Shown here piece after piece: positions 26,055-35,768 of a stretch of DNA of 41,094 nucleotides (positions are counted from its first letter, which is position 1; the number at the start of each line of letters is the position of its first letter). Made by a program: the position numbers and the translations under genes. Source of the stretch: Promethearchaeota archaeon (lineage in GTDB: Archaea > Asgardarchaeota > Lokiarchaeia > Sigyniarchaeales > SOKP01); assembly GCA_030606095.1 (NCBI GenBank), contig JAUWHC010000001.1, forward strand, positions 1-41,094, read 5' to 3'. A model generated the notes under the pieces. That model was not told the DNA's origin, searched no databases, and saw nothing but the letters and a program-made list of their open reading frames with translations.

Positions 26055-26783
26055 TTAGTAACTTTGATATATATTTTCCTCTGTTGGATAAATTCTTGAT
26101 TCCATCACTAAATCGTTAATATATGTCCTTAGCTTATTTTCGGGAATCTGCAACTTTGATTGTAATTCTTTAAGACTTATACCATTTCCGTCTTGAGAAT
26201 ATTCATATATTATCGAAAAAATCTTTTCTTTAAGTTTATCAACTTCTGAAGGCTGATCTTCTCCAAATATTTTGTCTATATCAATTCCATCTGAAATATT
26301 ATCAAAAGAGAATTCTTCGTCCGTTTCAAAATCAACAGGAATCTCGTGGATATCTCCAGATTTAATTTTTTTTATTATTTCAGCGTCTCGTAATAAGATA
26401 TAATTTGGATCTTTTACTTTTTTTATCAATTTGATATTACTAATTTGAACGGTATCGCCATAAAAACCTACTCTTCCTAAAATATCTACAATATCTCCTT
26501 GATTTAAATCGTTAAATTTATCTAAATCAACATCCCACTTGACAGCAGAAATTAAACCAGTTCCGTCATCCAGTTCGAATCTTAAATTGGTGCTTAATTC
26601 CCCTGTTGATGTATTGCTAACGAAATCCTCTCGATTAGTGATTGTCGCGACAAGACGAATTTTTCTGAGAGCTCCAAAGATCGTGAATAACGACTTTTCT
26701 TCAGCGTTATAATTCCCTTCTAAAAGATGTTTAACCCAACAACGAATTGCTGGAAAATATTCATAAGATTGAGTTCCACTCAT
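26055..26783 (-). CDS. RPA32/Rpa2-like protein: OB fold plus C-terminal winged helix
   Basis: OB segment IRLVATITNRE...LDDGTGLISAVKWD...GDIVDILGRV, an acidic linker, and a C-terminal WH GISLKELQSKLQIPENKLRTYINDLVMESRIYPTEENIYQ. Compare the eukaryotic RPA32 C-terminus ...EGHIYSTVDDDHFK. Confidence 0.6.
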   Translation of the reverse strand: MSGTQSYEYFPAIRCWVKHLLEGNYNAEEKSLFTIFGALRKIRLVATITNREDFVSNTSTGELSTNLRFELDDGTGLISAVKWDVDLDKFNDLNQGDIVDILGRVGFYGDTVQISNIKLIKKVKDPNYILLRDAEIIKKIKSGDIHEIPVDFETDEEFSFDNISDGIDIDKIFGEDQPSEVDKLKEKIFSIIYEYSQDGNGISLKELQSKLQIPENKLRTYINDLVMESRIYPTEENIYQSY

Positions 26784-26951
26784 AATTTAACTCATGTGAA
26801 ATTTCTATTATACAATCGATTACTATATTAACAAATTTTATGAAATATAGGCGTGATTATTAATTGTTAAATATAATTAATTTTCTCTTTATTTTAATTC
26901 ATTTTACATTTTTAAGGATTCTATCGTTTTAAGATAAAGAATAAAATAAAA

Positions 26952-27058
26952 TAGCGGGGACTGGAATCTCAGATTGCTGTAAATCAAACAAAATCTTTTG
27001 AACCAGTGTTCTCAGGGTTATGAGCCCTGCGGCATAAACCAGGCTAGCCCACCCCGCT
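26952..27058 (-). tRNA. Initiator tRNA-Met(CAU) with a ~31-nt intron in the T-loop
   Basis: Minus strand: agcgggg (A1-U72 pair) ... ccccgct + a. Anticodon stem caggg/ccctg has the three G-C pairs typical of initiators; loop ctcataa (atg on + at 27020-22). T stem actgg/ccagt (+ 27003-07 and 26960-64) encloses 38 nt (26965-27002) instead of 7. 107 minus 31 gives 76 nt. Confidence 0.8.
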
Positions 27059-27085
27059 AAGGTTTTTTCCTTATGAGAATAACTC

Positions 27086-27094
27086 TTTTTTATA
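27086..27094 (-). promoter_or_regulatory. Candidate TATA box for initiator tRNA
   Basis: The minus strand reads tataaaaaa about 29-36 nt upstream of the tRNA 5' end. Confidence 0.3.
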
Positions 27095-27215
27095 GATCAT
27101 ATAATTATTTTATCTTTTAATTTTTTATCATTTTTATGGAGATTATGGTGGTATTTTTTTAGTTTAAAATATATTAACTTACAATTATTTAAAATAAACA
27201 CATCTCTTAAAAAAA

Positions 27216-27953
27216 ATGGCGGATTCACATTCAAAAAGCTTTTTCGGGCAGAACACTGGGATGATTGTGAGTAGTCCCTCGAGCTCAGACCCATATATTT
27301 TTATACATTGCATTAAAAAAAAACCTGATGGAATTTGGGAAAAACCCTCTACCAATGAAGGTAAAATAATTAAAATTTCGTTAGAAGAGATCGTTATGAT
27401 CTTGCGAGTATTGAATCGTCAAACTCTAAATTGGCAAAGTCATCATATTTACAAGGATAAGAAAACTTCGTTATCTTTTAGTTGGGAAGATGAAGATGCA
27501 AATATATTGTGGATTAATATTGGAATTTATTCTAAAATGCTTAATCTTGCTCAAACGGAAATCTTGAGGTTATTATTGATTCATGTACTTAATGAAAAAA
27601 TAGTATATTCGACGGTACCAAAAAGAACTAACAACGAAAATAAGGTAATAAAACTCAAACAAGAGGAACTTTGTAATATGAATAAAATTGAAGAAATTAA
27701 TAAAGAAGCTGATTGTTATAAAAATAACCTTTTTTCTGACATAGAAATTCGAGGAGATATCCTAAAAGACTTGAGTAATGTCGATGGAATAATATTGGGA
27801 GAAACAGAAAAGGCTATTTTAATTGAATTCGACAATAAGGAGGTGTGGGTGCCGAAATCTACTATTAATAATCAATATCTCCCTCGAAAGAACCTTTCTC
27901 AAAAATTCTTGATTAATAATTGGTTTTTAAAAAAACATAATTTAATTCCATAA
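27216..27953 (+). CDS. Hypothetical two-domain protein (245 aa)
   Basis: The N-terminal ~130 aa and a C-terminal ~60-aa module (VDGIILGETEKAILIEFDNKEVWVPKSTI) are separated by a Lys/Asn-rich linker. No family recognised. Confidence 0.55.
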   Translation: MADSHSKSFFGQNTGMIVSSPSSSDPYIFIHCIKKKPDGIWEKPSTNEGKIIKISLEEIVMILRVLNRQTLNWQSHHIYKDKKTSLSFSWEDEDANILWINIGIYSKMLNLAQTEILRLLLIHVLNEKIVYSTVPKRTNNENKVIKLKQEELCNMNKIEEINKEADCYKNNLFSDIEIRGDILKDLSNVDGIILGETEKAILIEFDNKEVWVPKSTINNQYLPRKNLSQKFLINNWFLKKHNLIP

Positions 27954-28057
27954 TTACTCATTTAAAGAAAATTGTCTTATTTAAGCAAAAAGAATAAACT
28001 TAATTTTTATTCTTAATTAACCTTGATATTCGATAAAATAGAGCTCAAAACACTTAT

Positions 28058-29851
28058 ATGACTTTACTGAATATTATTGTAGATTTCTTACTCAATCCTT
28101 GGTTTCTCATTTCCTTAACTTTTTGGATTATCGTAATCGTATTTGTGTTTTTATTAAGAAATAAAAAAGATGCATATAGTTTATTCTTTCCATTACTAGC
28201 GTTATTTAAAACTAAAAAGCTTAATAACCTTATCATAAACATTTCTAAAAGAAAACCAAAATTGTGGAGAATATTTTGGAATATTGGAATATTCGTGTCG
28301 TTTAGTTTTACAATTTTTGGCTTCTATTTCTTTTTTATAAATATTGTAAATTTAATATTTCAACCAAGTATTGAAAATGCTATTGTTCCACTCATCCCTG
28401 GAGTTACAATTGATCTACCCATTTTATTTTACTTATTTTTACCACTATTATTTATTATGACTACCCACGAATTTGCTCACGGAATTTCAGCTAGTATCGA
28501 TGGAGTGGAAATTAAATCTACGGGTATACTTGGTGTCGGCTTCTTTTACCTGGTGGGATTTGGCGCATTTGTAGAAATTGATGAAAGAGAATTAAGATCG
28601 TCAAAATTCCATCGAAATACAAGATTTAGAATAGCGGCAGCAGGAACATATGTAAATGCCTTAACTGCTGGTTTAGCATTCTTGCTAATTCTTAGTTTTC
28701 CTACATTAATTTCTCCTTTTTACGTACAAGTCACACAGGTTTATACTGTATTAACACCACAAGATGGGGGGTTCAATAATGGGACTCTTGAAGCTGGAGA
28801 TGCTATCATTGGTATTAAAAATTCAGGTGATCCAGATGCTAATTTTTTGAACCTTGATTTAAACCAAGGAATTAGTCTTACTTCAATATTAAGTAATAGT
28901 ACTAGAATTAAATTTTCAATTGGAGATAATCTAACTTTTAAAACTTATAACCCTTTTAGTGAATCCTATTCTAAAAAAAATGTTACTTTAGGACCTCGTT
29001 ACGATATAGGAATCCGTTATGAGTACACGGATGACGGTATGGGATTACGAATTACCTATAATTATTCCAGTAATACGGAAACAAACATATTAATTACAAA
29101 AGTAAATGGAACAGCAATAGATAAGTCCAACGGCGACACATTAGAAATTTTACTAACAGATTTTTCTTTAAAAGCCATAAACCTAACTTCAGAACTGGGG
29201 ATTGATTACATCTTAGATATCGATATTGTAGGTGTCTTCGTGGGGGTTCAAAGTACATATTATTGGATGCATCTAAATGAATTTGCAAAACTTTTTACCG
29301 CTAACTGGCCAGATTTCTTGTTTAGAGAATTAATATGGCTTTTTATTATTGCATTTAGTATAACGTTATTCAACATGATGCCTTTACCGATATTTGATGG
29401 AGATAGATTCGTGAAAGAATTGGTAAATTGGATTTTTGGTGAAAATTACAAATCTAAAAAGAAGAAAAAAGATAGGCTAATTTATAAAGGAATTGATACA
29501 GAATGTAAATTAACCGAATATCGTGTAGAAAAAATAGAATATGTAAAAATATACTTAAAAGATAATCATAGAGAGGATCAAAATAGTGAAATAATCTTAG
29601 GAGAAGATAACTATGAACTAGTGGATAAAATAGGCGATGGATATAAAGATACTGTATCAGTAAATTTGCCAGAAAATACTAAACTTAAAGAAAATTCTAT
29701 TTTCGAAATCTCTTACGAGTATTCCTATGACGACAAAAAAAGAATTAAAAATATTGTACTGAATACAATCAGAGTTAGCGCATTAATTCTTATAGGTGGT
29801 AATTTCCTATTATCTTTTCTAAAATTTGGATTTGATCTTTTTTGGATTTAA
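28058..29851 (+). CDS. Site-2 protease family (M50) intramembrane metalloprotease with a large extracytoplasmic insert
   Basis: HEFAHGISA (HExxH) in a transmembrane helix, FNMMPLPIFDGDRF (NxxPxxxxDG), and multiple hydrophobic segments. Confidence 0.85.
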   Translation: MTLLNIIVDFLLNPWFLISLTFWIIVIVFVFLLRNKKDAYSLFFPLLALFKTKKLNNLIINISKRKPKLWRIFWNIGIFVSFSFTIFGFYFFFINIVNLIFQPSIENAIVPLIPGVTIDLPILFYLFLPLLFIMTTHEFAHGISASIDGVEIKSTGILGVGFFYLVGFGAFVEIDERELRSSKFHRNTRFRIAAAGTYVNALTAGLAFLLILSFPTLISPFYVQVTQVYTVLTPQDGGFNNGTLEAGDAIIGIKNSGDPDANFLNLDLNQGISLTSILSNSTRIKFSIGDNLTFKTYNPFSESYSKKNVTLGPRYDIGIRYEYTDDGMGLRITYNYSSNTETNILITKVNGTAIDKSNGDTLEILLTDFSLKAINLTSELGIDYILDIDIVGVFVGVQSTYYWMHLNEFAKLFTANWPDFLFRELIWLFIIAFSITLFNMMPLPIFDGDRFVKELVNWIFGENYKSKKKKKDRLIYKGIDTECKLTEYRVEKIEYVKIYLKDNHREDQNSEIILGEDNYELVDKIGDGYKDTVSVNLPENTKLKENSIFEISYEYSYDDKKRIKNIVLNTIRVSALILIGGNFLLSFLKFGFDLFWI

Positions 29852-29906
29852 TAAATTAGTTGATGTGATCTTCATAAGCAATCATGAAAATAGTTATAAT
29901 GTGCTT

Positions 29907-30866
29907 ATGAAAATAAGTACATGTGATTATTGTAATAAAAATGCATTAGTAATCCACAGAAAATATTCTGGTGAGCTAATTTGTCCTGAATGCTTCACAA
30001 AAAGAATAGAGAAAAACATTTATAAGACAATATCCAAATACAAGATGCTAAAACCTCGAGATAAAATTGTTGTAGGACTTTCTGGTGGAAAGGATTCTAT
30101 AGCATTACTATATAATCTTAAAAAAATTCAAGAAATTTTTTTTCACTCTCAACCTATTATCGCTATAACCGTTGACGAAGGTATCAAAGATTATAGGAAC
30201 AAAAGCATAAAGAATGCCAATAAATTCTGTAAAAAATATGGAATTGAGCATAAGATTGTTTCATTTAAAGAAAAAACAGGAAAGACTTTAGATGAGATTA
30301 TTGAATTAAAAAGCAAATCTATAGATTATAAATACGCCTGCAATTATTGTGCAACATTTAGGAGAAGATTGTTAAATGAAATAGCAAAAGAATTAGGCGC
30401 TGATGTTCTTGCGATGGGGCATAACCTAACAGATATCGCAGAAACATACCTTATGAACGTTTTGTTTAAAAGATTTCAAACAATCTCTAATCAATATCTC
30501 TTTAAAAAGGAGAGTAAAGAAATTAGCAAGTATTTCGTAAGAAAAATTACTCCTTTGATGAGAATTCCTGAAGAAGAAATCTTTCTTTATTCAAACTTGA
30601 AAAAATTTGACTATTATCCCTCGCATTGCCCCTACAGAGAGAAAGATCCAATTCTAAGGAAAAGAGTTTTAGATTTTATTTTGGAATGTAAAAAATTTAG
30701 TCCAGAAATAGAATTCAATTTACTCAATGGCTTTTTAGAAATGTCTGAAATATTTTATTACCATTATAAAGCAAAATCGTATAATTCTTGTGAAGAATGC
30801 GGATATCCATGTGGAAATACAAATCTATGTTTGTATTGCAAATATTTAAAAGAATTTAATAGATAA
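29907..30866 (+). CDS. tRNA 2-thiolation PP-loop ATPase (TtuA/NcsA/Ctu1 family)
   Basis: N-terminal CDYC...CPECF, PP-loop GLSGGKDS, CNYCATFRR, GHNLTD, and C-terminal CEECGYPC...CLYC. The track ORF begins at 29826 inside the M50 gene; the ATG at 29907 (MKISTCDYC) is the likely start. Confidence 0.8.
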   Translation: MKISTCDYCNKNALVIHRKYSGELICPECFTKRIEKNIYKTISKYKMLKPRDKIVVGLSGGKDSIALLYNLKKIQEIFFHSQPIIAITVDEGIKDYRNKSIKNANKFCKKYGIEHKIVSFKEKTGKTLDEIIELKSKSIDYKYACNYCATFRRRLLNEIAKELGADVLAMGHNLTDIAETYLMNVLFKRFQTISNQYLFKKESKEISKYFVRKITPLMRIPEEEIFLYSNLKKFDYYPSHCPYREKDPILRKRVLDFILECKKFSPEIEFNLLNGFLEMSEIFYYHYKAKSYNSCEECGYPCGNTNLCLYCKYLKEFNR

Positions 30867-30868
30867 AT

Positions 30869-31864
30869 TTATTTGATAAGATATTCGCTAAATTCCTTTA
30901 ATCTATCATATTCTCTAATTTCTTCTCGAAAAAGAGGAACTTCAATCAGATGTTTTCCCAACTTTTCTTTAAAAATTTTATAAATGTTTAATAAATTACG
31001 GTGTTGCATGTTCCGTCGAGCTTTGCAAAAATCACATAATTCTTCTTCAGCTTGATATAATTGATTGATTATAATGTTTGAAACAGGAATTTTATATTTA
31101 TACAATTCGGTTAAAAGGCGATCTGTTTCTGAAATAGCCATCTCTTCCGGTATCATCACAACAACAAAAGAATTTTTCAAAGGATTCGTGAGATCCTCTC
31201 GCGCATTAATGATAGAGTTTTTTAACCTTTCTAAAACTTCTAAAGAGTTATCTTTTTTTCTTTCATTACTAGAAAATAAACTTTTCATTAGACCTATCAT
31301 ACTTCCAAGTTTTAATCTCATTTTCAATAGTTTACCTATCCACCCAGATAGCGTTTCTGGAAGGCTTAAAAACCTAAGAGTATGCCCTGTTGGGGCAGTA
31401 TCAAATATTACTAAATCATAGTCGTGTTCTGTCTCTATAATTTCTAATACTTTTAATAATGCGAAAGCTTCATCTATACCTGGTGGATTCATTGAAGTCA
31501 AATCTTGCAAATCCTCCATCATTGGAACACCTTCAATTAAGCCGGGCATATTCATCCCTTCCATGGGATTTACACTCGTTAAACCTTTATATTCTGCCAA
31601 GTTTTTTTTTGGATCGATTTCTAAGGCAGTCAATTTATTAATTCCCGGTATAGGTGTCGGCTCACCGGGAGGAAGTTTGATCCCTAAACTATCTCCTAGT
31701 GAATGTGCTGGATCTGTACTAATAATTAAGGTATTTCTACCATGTTCTGCTGCCCAGATTGCTGAACTTGAGGCACAAGTTGTTTTACCTACGCCTCCTT
31801 TACCACCAAACATGATTATTTTTAAATTTAATAACATTTCTTTTAATTCCATAATAATCAACAC
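30869..31864 (-). CDS. ArsA/Get3-family ATPase
   Basis: P-loop GGKGGVGKTT, DPAHSL, DTAPTGHTLRFL, and a CDFC pair near the C-terminus. Confidence 0.85.
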   Translation of the reverse strand: MLIIMELKEMLLNLKIIMFGGKGGVGKTTCASSSAIWAAEHGRNTLIISTDPAHSLGDSLGIKLPPGEPTPIPGINKLTALEIDPKKNLAEYKGLTSVNPMEGMNMPGLIEGVPMMEDLQDLTSMNPPGIDEAFALLKVLEIIETEHDYDLVIFDTAPTGHTLRFLSLPETLSGWIGKLLKMRLKLGSMIGLMKSLFSSNERKKDNSLEVLERLKNSIINAREDLTNPLKNSFVVVMIPEEMAISETDRLLTELYKYKIPVSNIIINQLYQAEEELCDFCKARRNMQHRNLLNIYKIFKEKLGKHLIEVPLFREEIREYDRLKEFSEYLIK

Positions 31865-31896
31865 CTTTTTTTGAATTTAGAGTTATGTGATTTATA

Positions 31897-33183
31897 CTAA
31901 TAAGTAAGTTTGAAACGAAGAATTGCAACAATTCCTCCGAAAGTACTATATAACATTTCTCCCTCTTCTGTGTCTGGAGAAATAAGTATCACATCAGTGT
32001 TCATAGTTTCTGCTATGGAACCCAGCTCTTCAATTATAGAAACTGTGTTTACAAGGTTGTATGTGTTTGAACTACATTTTGGACAATTTTCTTCTTGGAT
32101 GGATAATTCTACTTTGTTTAATTCTAACTCCCTTGCAATACGAGATTCTTTATAGCCACAATTCAAACATTCAATATTCAATTGATAAATATCTAATTTT
32201 TCAGAAAGAATTAATTTTTTCACAGCACCCATATTTAAAGCTTTTTCTACTTCTTTAAGACCGTAAGCAGCTAAACCCGATTCATTTGATATCTCCTTTA
32301 AAAATCCTTGGACAACTTCTTTTTCCCGAATGAATTTTACGTTTGATATTTTCTTTTTAATCTTTTCAATCAAAGCGCGGATTCCCTCAGATCCTCCATA
32401 ACCAAGGTCTACAACGTCTAAAATTTTATCTCGTAATCTATAATCTAAACTTTCATCGTTTACAAACTTTTCTTTAGAAGGACCAGGTCCTCCAATAAAA
32501 ATTCCTTGTAAATCCTCTATTTTCAAAAATAACTCGTTAACTTCCTCAGATATTCTTCTGTAAAACCTCTTTTCTCCCTCTTCAATCAATCTTTCATATC
32601 TTTTCTGCGATTGACCACCAGCTTTATGCTTTCCATGAATCCCAGAAGTAAACTCTCTCACTATCTCTACATGATTTCCCGTAATATACCCAACTGCTGA
32701 TTCCTTTCGTCCGATAACAAGCAATCCATAAGTTTCCTTTGATTTAAGCATGTCCTCTAATGGCCTTAGTAAAAATTCACTCGCACAGTGATATCTAAAT
32801 GTTTTTCCCTTTTCTGGGGGATCTACGATGTATCTTTCCATCTTTTCTGTACCAGGAGTATTGTTTTGAGGGATTGCTCCAGCAAACATAACCAATCCAT
32901 TCTCTGGAACTTCTTTATAATTCTTCAACATCCCTAGAAGTGTTGAGATTCCATCCAATACATTTTTACGAGTTAATTTTGATTTAATGTTTTGGCTTTC
33001 GCTTACTTCGTTCTTTAAATAATTGGTAACATCAGAAAGTTTTCGATCATGAGGTATATACAAAGATATCAACTCTGTATGAAAACCTTTTTTAGATTTA
33101 AGCTTGTCTAAAAGCTTCTTTATCTTGTAAACTTTTAAATCCTCGCTTTTTTTATGTTCTACTGGAGTCATAATCATCAACAA
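31897..33183 (-). CDS. prf1: Peptide chain release factor aRF1
   Basis: NIKS motif (SQNIKSK), GGQS motif (HKAGGQSQKR), and a C-terminal domain with a CxxC...CxxC insert. Confidence 0.95.
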   Translation of the reverse strand: MLMIMTPVEHKKSEDLKVYKIKKLLDKLKSKKGFHTELISLYIPHDRKLSDVTNYLKNEVSESQNIKSKLTRKNVLDGISTLLGMLKNYKEVPENGLVMFAGAIPQNNTPGTEKMERYIVDPPEKGKTFRYHCASEFLLRPLEDMLKSKETYGLLVIGRKESAVGYITGNHVEIVREFTSGIHGKHKAGGQSQKRYERLIEEGEKRFYRRISEEVNELFLKIEDLQGIFIGGPGPSKEKFVNDESLDYRLRDKILDVVDLGYGGSEGIRALIEKIKKKISNVKFIREKEVVQGFLKEISNESGLAAYGLKEVEKALNMGAVKKLILSEKLDIYQLNIECLNCGYKESRIARELELNKVELSIQEENCPKCSSNTYNLVNTVSIIEELGSIAETMNTDVILISPDTEEGEMLYSTFGGIVAILRFKLTY

Positions 33184-33265
33184 TGAGATAAAATTAACAA
33201 AAGATTAATAATTTTTCTTCCTTTTCAACCTATATAAAGGCCTACATAATAATAATTGTTGTTTT

Positions 33266-34054
33266 ATGATTACCAATAAAAATAATCATTCTGATGTTCC
33301 TAAAACACATCCCCGATATGAGAGCTTAAAACATCGTCATAAAATTATAGAAGGGATGAAAAATCTAGTTGTAGCTGAGGCTGGTTTAATAGCTCATGGG
33401 AGAGGTGAATGTTTTGATTACATTTTAGGTGAAAAAACAAATGAAGCTGCTAAAAGAGCCATTAAAGCTGCAGTAGCAATGCTTCTGCTTGCCAAAAAGC
33501 CAGTGATTAGCGTTAATGGGAATATTGCGGCTCTAGTACCTCATGAACTCGTTAAACTTTCGAATGTGATAGATGCTCCACTCGAAATAAATTTATTTTA
33601 TAGGAAAGAAGGACGAATCAAGGCTATTAAGAATGTATTAGAAAAGGCAGGAGCTATTGATATTCGAGGTATTAATGAAGAAAAAATGGTTGAAATTGAA
33701 GGATTGGATAGTAATAGAAGGTTAGTAGAATCAATTCAAAATTCTGATGTAATAATGGTCCCTTTAGAAGATGGAGACCGAACAGAAACATTAAAAAGGA
33801 TCGGAAAAAAAGTAATCGCAGTCGATTTAAATCCAATTAGTAGAACTTCAATATGGGCAGATATTACGATTGTAGACAATATTGTCAGAACATTACCTGT
33901 AATGATTGCTATCGCTAAAAAATTAAAACATGTTGATAAGAAAGAATTGCAAAGTATTATCGATAATTTTAATAACAGAAAAAACATTCTTTTATCTTTA
34001 GAAACTATAATTCGATATGTTAAAAAACAAAAAAAAATGCTTTCAAAATTGTAA
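33266..34054 (+). CDS. 4-phosphopantoate--beta-alanine ligase (archaeal phosphopantothenate synthetase, DUF137/COG1701)
   Basis: HPRYESL and GLIAHGRGECFDYILGE are segments I associate with this family; about 260 aa. Confidence 0.65.
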   Translation: MITNKNNHSDVPKTHPRYESLKHRHKIIEGMKNLVVAEAGLIAHGRGECFDYILGEKTNEAAKRAIKAAVAMLLLAKKPVISVNGNIAALVPHELVKLSNVIDAPLEINLFYRKEGRIKAIKNVLEKAGAIDIRGINEEKMVEIEGLDSNRRLVESIQNSDVIMVPLEDGDRTETLKRIGKKVIAVDLNPISRTSIWADITIVDNIVRTLPVMIAIAKKLKHVDKKELQSIIDNFNNRKNILLSLETIIRYVKKQKKMLSKL

Positions 34055-34167
34055 AAAATCGAATTTAAACCTTTTTATTATTTAAAAAAGCTTAAAAAGT
34101 TCTAAAATAATATTTTATATAGCTATAATTTTAAATGTCAAGAACTTTAATTTGAACTCACACAACT

Positions 34168-34692
34168 ATGGGTACAGAAAAAGATACGCGGACTAATTAC
34201 TTCAATATTTTCAATGATAACAAACCAATTGTAGTAAGAAGATGCTCCTTAGAAGACTTAGAAGGCGTTATCGAAGTAAACGAAAAAGAATTACCCGAAG
34301 ATTATCCTTACTTTTTTTACAAAAGCATATTAGATAATTATCCAGAAGCCTTTCAAGTTGCTTGTAATAACAACGGAAAAATTATTGGATATATAATGTG
34401 GAGGGTTGAACGATCTCCCTCGATAAATCGTTTGAAATTGACGAATAAAGGACATTTGGTCTCAATAGCCGTTTTAAAGAGCTATAGAAGAGTAGGTATA
34501 GCAGCAACGTTGTTATCCAATTCTATGAAAAAATTAAAAAAATACAAAGTACACGAGTTTGTCTTAGAAGTAAGAGTGAGTAATTATCTTGCTATTAATT
34601 TATACAAAAAATTTAATTTTAATACCAATAACATAAAAGAAAGATATTATAGAGACGGGGAAAATGCGTATTATATGACCCTAAAAGCCTAA
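34168..34692 (+). CDS. N-alpha-acetyltransferase (Ard1/Naa10-RimI type GNAT)
   Basis: HLVSIAVLKSYRRVGIAATLL (motif A), LEVRVSN..AINLYKKFNF, YYRDGENAYYM. Confidence 0.8.
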   Translation: MGTEKDTRTNYFNIFNDNKPIVVRRCSLEDLEGVIEVNEKELPEDYPYFFYKSILDNYPEAFQVACNNNGKIIGYIMWRVERSPSINRLKLTNKGHLVSIAVLKSYRRVGIAATLLSNSMKKLKKYKVHEFVLEVRVSNYLAINLYKKFNFNTNNIKERYYRDGENAYYMTLKA

Positions 34693-34697
34693 TTTTC

Positions 34698-35705
34698 TTA
34701 TCTAAAAGATTCTTCTAACCCTTTTATTAAATAAGTAAACATTTCATTTATCGGGACTTTTATACCTACTTCTTTTGCCAAACTTACAATTCTACCATTA
34801 AGAAAGTCAATTTCTGTAAGATTTCCTTTTAGTACATCTTGTAACATTGAATTTTTGTTATTATATGTTTTTTCGGCAACAGAATACATTAGCCTAACAT
34901 AATCCCTATCTAAAAGTTCGATGCATTTTAACTTAGCTACTTCTAACGCCTCTTTAACCGCAGCACTCATTAATTGTTTCAAATTTTCATTCTCTAAAAG
35001 TTTTCCATTATTTAAACGAGTTAACGCCCCTAACGCGTTAATTCCAATGTTTACAAATGCTTTCTCCCAAGTATGCTTAATAATATCGTCAACAATTTCA
35101 GTTTCTAAACCTCCCGCGTCCAGACTTTTTTTTAACATGTTCAATTTTATTTGACCGCTCTCATAACGACTATGATTTTGTTTTTGGGGTTTTAAATAGA
35201 CAAACCCAATTTTTGTAAATCCTACGCCTGTATGATACACGTGACCATATTCTTTCAGTAATGCACCATGCGAAGTAATTATTCTTATAATTTTATTCTC
35301 ATCGCAATATTTCTTCAACAATTCCTCGTTACCGATACCATTCTGCAGAATTATTAACCAATTACTCGAATTAATCAAGGTTTTATATTGAATCATCGCT
35401 CTCTCGCTATCGTATGTCTTAGTCGTTAAAAACAAATAGTCTAATTTGTATTTCTCGTCATTTATTGATTTTTTAGTAAAATCCTCAGCATTCTCGAAAG
35501 CTGTAATATTAGTTAGCGTTATATTACCTTTATCGTTGTATATCTTTATTCCATACTTATTTATTACCTTAGCATGAGCCTTTCTACAAAAAAAATAAAT
35601 CTCTAATGGGTTAGCATCAGTATGAACAGAAGCAAGACATCCTCCGAATAAACTACCAATAGATCCTGGACCAATGAAACCAATTCTTAATAAGTTATGA
35701 TTCAA
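34698..35705 (-). CDS. panE: 2-dehydropantoate 2-reductase (ketopantoate reductase)
   Basis: N-terminal IGFIGPGSIGSLFGG; C-terminal KNSMLQDVLKGNLTEIDFLNGRIV (the SMxQD...EID signature). Confidence 0.8.
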   Translation of the reverse strand: MNHNLLRIGFIGPGSIGSLFGGCLASVHTDANPLEIYFFCRKAHAKVINKYGIKIYNDKGNITLTNITAFENAEDFTKKSINDEKYKLDYLFLTTKTYDSERAMIQYKTLINSSNWLIILQNGIGNEELLKKYCDENKIIRIITSHGALLKEYGHVYHTGVGFTKIGFVYLKPQKQNHSRYESGQIKLNMLKKSLDAGGLETEIVDDIIKHTWEKAFVNIGINALGALTRLNNGKLLENENLKQLMSAAVKEALEVAKLKCIELLDRDYVRLMYSVAEKTYNNKNSMLQDVLKGNLTEIDFLNGRIVSLAKEVGIKVPINEMFTYLIKGLEESFR

Positions 35706-35768
35706 TTCTTAACCAACATCTTCTAACAACAGAATCTATTATGATTACTCATAAGATAAATTTGTGCT

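Noticed and set aside
29826-29906. Upstream extension of the TtuA/NcsA-like ORF overlapping the end of the M50 protease gene
   Set aside because: The family begins at the CxxC zinc finger right after the ATG at 29907. The extension has no conserved features.
31990-32160. CxxC...CxxC insert in the aRF1 C-terminal domain as a possible novelty
   Set aside because: I recall zinc-ribbon-like inserts in this domain from other archaeal aRF1 proteins, so this is not distinctive enough to report.
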